64,000 nucleotides of DNA. It comes from the human T2T-CHM13v2.0 reference genome, Homo sapiens. The notes beneath the pieces were generated by a model. That model did not search any database. It had not been told where the DNA came from and worked only from the letters and a program-made list of their open reading frames with translations. A program made the position numbers and the translations under genes. Positions 57,651 to 64,000 of this stretch are shown one piece after another; position 1 is the first letter of the stretch; every line of letters begins with the position of its first letter. The stretch lies in NCBI RefSeq assembly GCF_009914755.1, contig NC_060947.1, one strand, 5' to 3'.

Positions 57651-60126
57651 AATACATGTTTAAAAGTCAGAGAATGAGGAACACCATTTTTTAGTTAAAT
57701 TGGGTAAAAATATGCTTGTTTGACTGCAAAGGTAGGGAGAGTTAATGCAAAGTAACATGATTCATAAATCTGGAACTTTGGTTTTGTAAATTACAGGAAA
57801 AAATTAAAACATGAGCAAAATAAATATTAAAATACTAGCTGGCAAAATAGATTATTATGATGAGCCAAGTTAGAGTCTGGGGATAGAGATGGGGGTTGGA
57901 GAGGAGACTGGAGGGTCAGTTCCGAAGCACATGGCCTGATTTTTCAAGTTATAAATTTAAGAGGCTTTTTCTTGTTGGCCTGCTGGCTTCCTGGCCACCT
58001 TCATCCTGTGTACACAAAAAGTAGCCCTGTATGAGGATTGGACAAGACATGCTGTTCTATTATTCTACCAGCAATTCCCACAGTGGGCAATTAAACTGAG
58101 TTACTATCTCCTTAATGCAGAATAATTCAACTCTGAATCCTGAAGAGTAGAGATTAGTAATGAGATGTGGAAACTTCCACTTTGTTCTGCAGTATGGGCT
58201 TGGCTCAACTTCGGAGTAGTTTAGTCATTCCCATCTGCCAATCTATTCCATGGTCAATGTAAAATGTGTTTTTGGCTTATCTATCTATAGAAAATAATAA
58301 TCTGAATAAATACAAGTAATTTGTATGCCCTTTCTTATCAACCACAGCAGAAGACAGTCAAGTCAACATGATAGGATTCTGTCATCATGGAAATTAGAAA
58401 TAGAAAAGCCTTACCTCATTCTTCTGTGTGAGCCCCAAAGTATTTACCCAGTCTAATAGGTTATCTTCAGATATTATTTGGTAGTTCTAGGGCTATTCTT
58501 TGGATATTTTTTTCTTGATTTTTACTACAAGATTTCATGAGACTTTTACTGTTATTCTGTGGAGTCCCTTTATCTGTTACTCTGTGGTGAATTCCCTTAA
58601 ACTTTTTCTCCTCTAAAAAGTTTTTTAAATGTCAAGAAGAGTTAAGGTGTAAAGTTGGGATGTGGATATTGTGGTTGTGCCCATCATCCCCTGTGATATT
58701 TTTATATTTGGAGCAGACACCAGTTTCCTACTTTATCAAGCCTACGTTTTAATACACACCCAACAAAGGACAAATTGATCTGAGAGATTACACAAGTTGT
58801 TATCTTTTGTCTCTGCTAATAAAATGCTGCAGGTCTTTGTGGAAATTAACAGTTGTGCCCATGAAGGAAATAAGAGAAATCTCTTGGTGATAGGTTACTC
58901 TGTTATTCTGTGAGGTGTATAAGCATCCAAAGAGTTAATAACTAGCAATATGTTAGAAAACAGGCAGTTTGCCTCATTTTTTGTGGGTGTTTTTGATGAA
59001 CAATTCTTAAATATGTTGCTTTTGAGTACGCATGATGGGTTCTGCATAAAAAGCAAATACTTGCCTCATGGCAAGAGCAAATGTCATTTGGTTCAATGAG
59101 TTCCTAGATCCCAAGCATCCAGTCAAGGGGAGGAAAGTATATTGTAATTTTGGAATGGGGGAAACGAAGTCAATATGATAGTATCATTACATGAAATGAA
59201 AGGTAATTATGCCCTGTCAATACAAAAGCTTCCCAGGCTGAACATTAGGAGCTGTTTATTCCCTTCATTGGAGCAGATTTGTTTTCTTTTGAATCTGACA
59301 AAGCACCTATCTGCTGAGTTAATAATCACTGCTCCCAGCTGGAAGGTAAGTTTGCAGAGTTGATGGAAGGGCTTTTAACAGGAAAGCTCTGAAATGACTC
59401 TATCATTCCAGATCTAATTTGGCATATGGCACAAAGAGCTGTGCTAGGCAAACTTCTGCTTCAGAGGCTGTTTCATTTTCCCTATGTTTCTTCTTGAATG
59501 TTTCTTCTTGAAACTTTGCTGGCTTACTTAATCTGGCCTTCACTCTAGGACAAATCCCTGAGTTGCTCTCCTTATTTGTCCAGCAGGCCAGAGTATCTGG
59601 AGGGATTGTAATTATCTAAAGTTCCTTGGGCCACTTGACTACAACAGAGTTGGGGCATGTACATTCAAGCCAAGCTGTGGACAGCAGGTTAGCTAGTGCA
59701 CTGGGTCGCCTCTTTCTTCTCCTATGCTGTATATAGCCCCTAGGGATGTACAGGAGGTGGGTCACAAAGTCCATTCAGTATCACAGGGATGGCCAACCTG
59801 TGCAAAGGAGAAGCACCTGGAGGACCAGGTTTCCATCACAGCCTGTAATTGAAATACTAGCTTGGGGCTGCCTGCCACCCTTGATTTTTTTGAGTGGCCT
59901 CTGGACCTCTTCTTTCTAGATTGAGCCAACCCTTGCAGAGAGCAATTTTGATGTTATTGCCTAAGGCTGGGGCACAGGCAGAAATTCTGGCCTGTGCCAA
60001 ATGCCACGTGGGGGTGTGGGTGTTGCTGCCAAGTAAATTGGCTGAGCTTAAGAGGACATGGAATCACCTTGGAGGCAGGTGCCTTTTCAGTATTGTCTGC
60101 ACTCCAGCATAAAAGAAGGAGAGCAG

Positions 60127-60623
<497 letters not shown>

Positions 60624-60809
60624 CTACTCTTGGAGCCAGTGAACACTCGGATCAATCTGAGTCACGAGTAGCCATGTCACATATTTGCTGCACGGAGCAT
60701 GCCCTCCGGCTGCTCCATAAACACAGGTTTGGCATTAGGTGTTCAGGTTGAGAAGGCTGGGAGAAACTCAGAAATGCTTTTTGAACTTAAAGGGTGCCGC
60801 TGAGCACAT

Positions 60810-61720
60810 GGGGCTGGCTCCATGATTTTTAGGACCTGTTGCAAAATGAAAATGCAGGCCCCTTGTTCAAAAAGCAGGATAAAAGTGCTGGAAAAGGTAT
60901 GAAAATGTAAAGCTTTTCCCCTTCTTCTGTGGTCTCTCTGTTAACATGTCATAGAGTTTTTTATTTCCTATTTAATGACTTTTTTTTTAAGACAAAGTCT
61001 CTCTCTGTCGCCAGGCTGGAGTGCAATGACACGATCTCGGCTCACTGCAACCTCCGCGTCCTGGGTTGAAGAGATTCTCCCACCTCAGACTCCTGAGTAG
61101 CTGGGATTACAGGTGCACGCCACCACACCCAGCTAATTTTTGTATTTTTAGTAGAGATGGGGTTTCACCATGTTGGCCAGGATGGTCTCAATCTCTTGAC
61201 CTCGTGATCTGCCTGCCTCAGCCTCCCAAAATGCTGGGATTACAGGCGTGAGCCACTGTACCCGGCCTATTTAATGACATTTCATAATAAGACACATGAA
61301 AATTTTAAATTATTAGCAGGAATTTTACTAATCATCCTTGTATGATGAAAGTTTCAGATGAAAATATAAGAGCATTAACTTGTCTGAAGAATCACTGAAA
61401 TGATACAATTTGTATTTCATAGCTTAGACATGCATATGTCTTTCATTCTAATCAGAACAGTAGAAATGCTGCACACAACTAACTCAATTGTTTTGATTGT
61501 ACTTCTTAATATGAGCACATCCTACTAACACTCCCTCCCTTTGGCTTGCTGGTGAGTAAGGGAGAACTGAAAGAAAAAGAACAGTGGGCTGCCCTATCTT
61601 TCCCTTTCCTTCTGTCATCATTTTCACTGTAAGTGGTTGGCTAATACAGGGAAGTAACACAAGTAAGAAAGGATATGGCAGGGTTCCTTGGTCATTCATG
61701 TTTCTTAGAAGGCCATGTCT
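60810..61720 (+). mobile_element. MER115/Zaphod-like hAT-Tip100 element interrupted by an Alu
   Basis: gggctggct...tgcaaaatgaaaatgcaggccccttgttcaaaaagcagg. Confidence 0.65.
60980..61267 (-). mobile_element. AluSc
   Basis: ctgtcgccaggc and ggatggtctcaatctcttgacctcgtgatc diagnostics; TSD tatttaatgac at 60969-79 and 61268-78. Confidence 0.92.
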
Positions 61721-61945
61721 GTTAACAACTCATTAGCCTTTCACCATCACCTCCCAACCTCACCTCTTGACTCTTTTTAAAAAAGCATTTCTCACATGGC
61801 CTTCTCAATAAAGGCTTAGCAAAGAGGAATGATTGCTTTTAGCTGTTGACTCCCTCACAAAGCAATCCCCATGCCCTGTCAAGGATAGGTTTTCTCATAA
61901 AAAGATAAATACTTTTCTTCCCCCACCCCAAGGTAATCCTCTAAG

Positions 61946-62178
61946 CCAGGTCAGCAAACCTTTTCTGTAAATGGTCACATAGTAAATATTTTAGGCTTTG
62001 GAGGCCATGTGGTCTCTGTTGTGACTCAACAGTGCAAGTCTGCCATGGTAGTGTTAAAGCAGTCATAGGAAACATGTAAATAAATGGACATGGTTGTGTT
62101 CCAATAAAACTTTATTTACAAAAACAGACTGGGGGCCGGATGTGACCCATGAGCTATATAGTACTTTGCCAATCCCTA
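61946..62178. mobile_element. MER58A
   Basis: ggtcagcaaaccttttctgtaaa...tgtgttccaataaaactttatttacaaaaacag. Confidence 0.88.
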
Positions 62179-63392
62179 CTCTAAAACATCATCCATTTGA
62201 GCCCATTCTTATATTTTTAATTCACTAATTGATAAATTTTCAAAACCCTCCCATGAAATGAGGAGCTGACACATGTTTTATGTTTGAAAGAAACTAGGGC
62301 AGAGATTAGTAAAATGACTTTTCTGAGGTTGCAGGGAGCTAAAAATGGACCTCAGAGCCCCAGTTTGTCCTACTTGTTGCCAGAAAGCTCTATGATGTGT
62401 CTTCTGTCAGCATGCAGTTCTTGCATAGCTCTGACACCTATGACCTACCTTAAAGGTTGTTCTAGGAACAATGTCAACATTCACCAGAGAAGTACAACTT
62501 TTAATATGAAAATGCCATGACTCCTCCCTTCCTTTTGGTGGGTGTTCACAGGGAGGAGGTCTGCTAATCAATCACAGGGTTTGCATCTGCTCTCCCACTC
62601 TAACCAGCACCTTTGTGGGAGGGGTACAGAGGACAGGAAATGATAGCAGGGGGCAGCCCAGTCACAATGGAATGCTGAATACAAGTGCAAATAATTATTA
62701 GGAAGGTGAAAATTACATAGCAATTTGCGCTTACTAATGGTCGACAGAAAAACAGCCCCATTGTACTTTCAAAAAGTTAATTGTCCATAGTGTTTTGGAA
62801 AAATGTTGCTTATTATCATTGTGGAATTTTATAAGGCTTCTGTGTAAATGTCCTTAACTCATTTTTGGTGATATTCTGTTCTAGATTGTTCTCTCAGCTT
62901 CTCCTTTCTCTCACCATTCTCCTTTTGCTCCAAGCTCATGAGAGGTTCCTCAGGTGGTTCTTTTTTTTTTTTAAGCTCAACATTTAAACTTCAGTTTCCC
63001 ACATTATCAAGCCCGCATTCCTACATAAAACCCCCAAAAGGGTAAAGGATTAATAAGTTGAATATGTTGGTACCATTTGGTTTTGGTCCAGAAATTACTG
63101 GAGACTCATGGCTATTCTCCTACAGGAGATAAAGGAGACCAACAAAAATCAGTTTGCACTGCCTAGAATATTGTCTGGGAAATAGTATGCAGTTAATAAG
63201 TATTTGTTGAATAGATGTTTAGATGTATGTTTGTATCAGTAGATGGGTGGATGAATGGATGGATGGATGAATAAGCCTGTTTCTGAAGCCTTATATTCAG
63301 TGGGCCATAAGGGAAAATGCTGATACAAAAATCAGTGAGTATCTCTTCTTAAATTACTGATGTAGAAATGTCACTAGAAGAATTTAGGCATT

Positions 63393-63694
63393 AGCCAGGT
63401 GTGGTGGCTCACGCTTGTAATCCCAGCACTTTGGGAGGCCAAGGCGGGCAGATCATGAGGTCAGGGGTTTGAGACCAGCCTGACCAATATGGTGAAACCC
63501 CATCTCTACTAAAAATACAAAAATTAGCCAGGCATGGTGGTGCGTGCCTATAATCCCAGCTACTCAGGAGGCCGAGGCAAGAGAATCACTTGAACCCAGG
63601 AGGTGGAGATTGCAGTGAGCTGAGATCGCACCATTGCACTTCAGCCTGGGCGACAGAGTAAGACTCTGTCTCAAAAAAAAAAAAAAAAAAAAAA
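63393..63694 (+). mobile_element. AluS (Sg-like)
   Basis: Full dimer with gatcatgaggtcagg; perfect TSD aagaatttaggcatt at 63378-92 and 63695-709. Confidence 0.93.
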
Positions 63695-63714
63695 AAGAAT
63701 TTAGGCATTTAGTG

Positions 63715-64000
63715 GGATACACCTTACTCCTGCAAGAATGGCCATAATCAAAAAACCAAAAAATAGTAGATATTGATGTGGATGCAGTGAACAGGGAACA
63801 TTTCTACACTGCTGGTGGGAATATAAGCTAGTACAACCGCTATGGAAAACAGTATGGAGATTCCTTAAACAACTAAAAGTAGAACTACCATTTGATCCAG
63901 CAATCCCACTACTGGGTATCTACCCAGAGGAAAAGAAGTCATACGAAAAAGATACTTGCACATGCATGTTTACAGCAGCACAATTCGCAATTCCAAAAAC
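63715..64000 (+). mobile_element. L1PB-type fragment (ORF2 3' region), continues past the window edge
   Basis: ccttactcctgcaagaatggccataatc...gaactaccatttgatccagcaatcccactactgggtatctacccagaggaaaagaagtca. Confidence 0.88.

Noticed and set aside
59484-59511. 14-bp tandem duplication atgtttcttcttga
   Set aside because: Common slippage event with no functional context.

Overview
Primate DNA, most likely human: AT-rich, CpG-depleted, with Alu, L1PA, MaLR/ERVL LTRs and hAT/Tigger MITEs. The only recognisable host coding sequence is a 117-nt phase 2-2 exon on the + strand (53360-53476) encoding (S)[38 protein letters not shown](N). From memory this is exon 2 of FRMPD4 (Preso1, Xp22.2), covering the N-terminal half of its WW domain. 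The rest is therefore the flanking long introns. The largest element is a dead, 5'-truncated, sense-oriented L1PA4-like insertion (27176-32109) with a perfect 14-bp TSD. I see no evidence of a novel multi-gene system. The most interesting sequence-level observations are: a ~210-bp templated copy from 3.3 kb downstream inserted into an old MLT1 LTR; several unvalidated splice candidates (an in-frame 36-nt exon that would split the WW domain, a 6/8-nt microexon, a CFTR-like TG5-T30-AACAG poison exon, a 196-nt exon, AG|GT ratchet-like sites); an internally deleted Alu with filler DNA; and closely spaced inverted Alu pairs. Repeat subfamily names come from recalled consensus sequences, and boundaries of old repeats are approximate.
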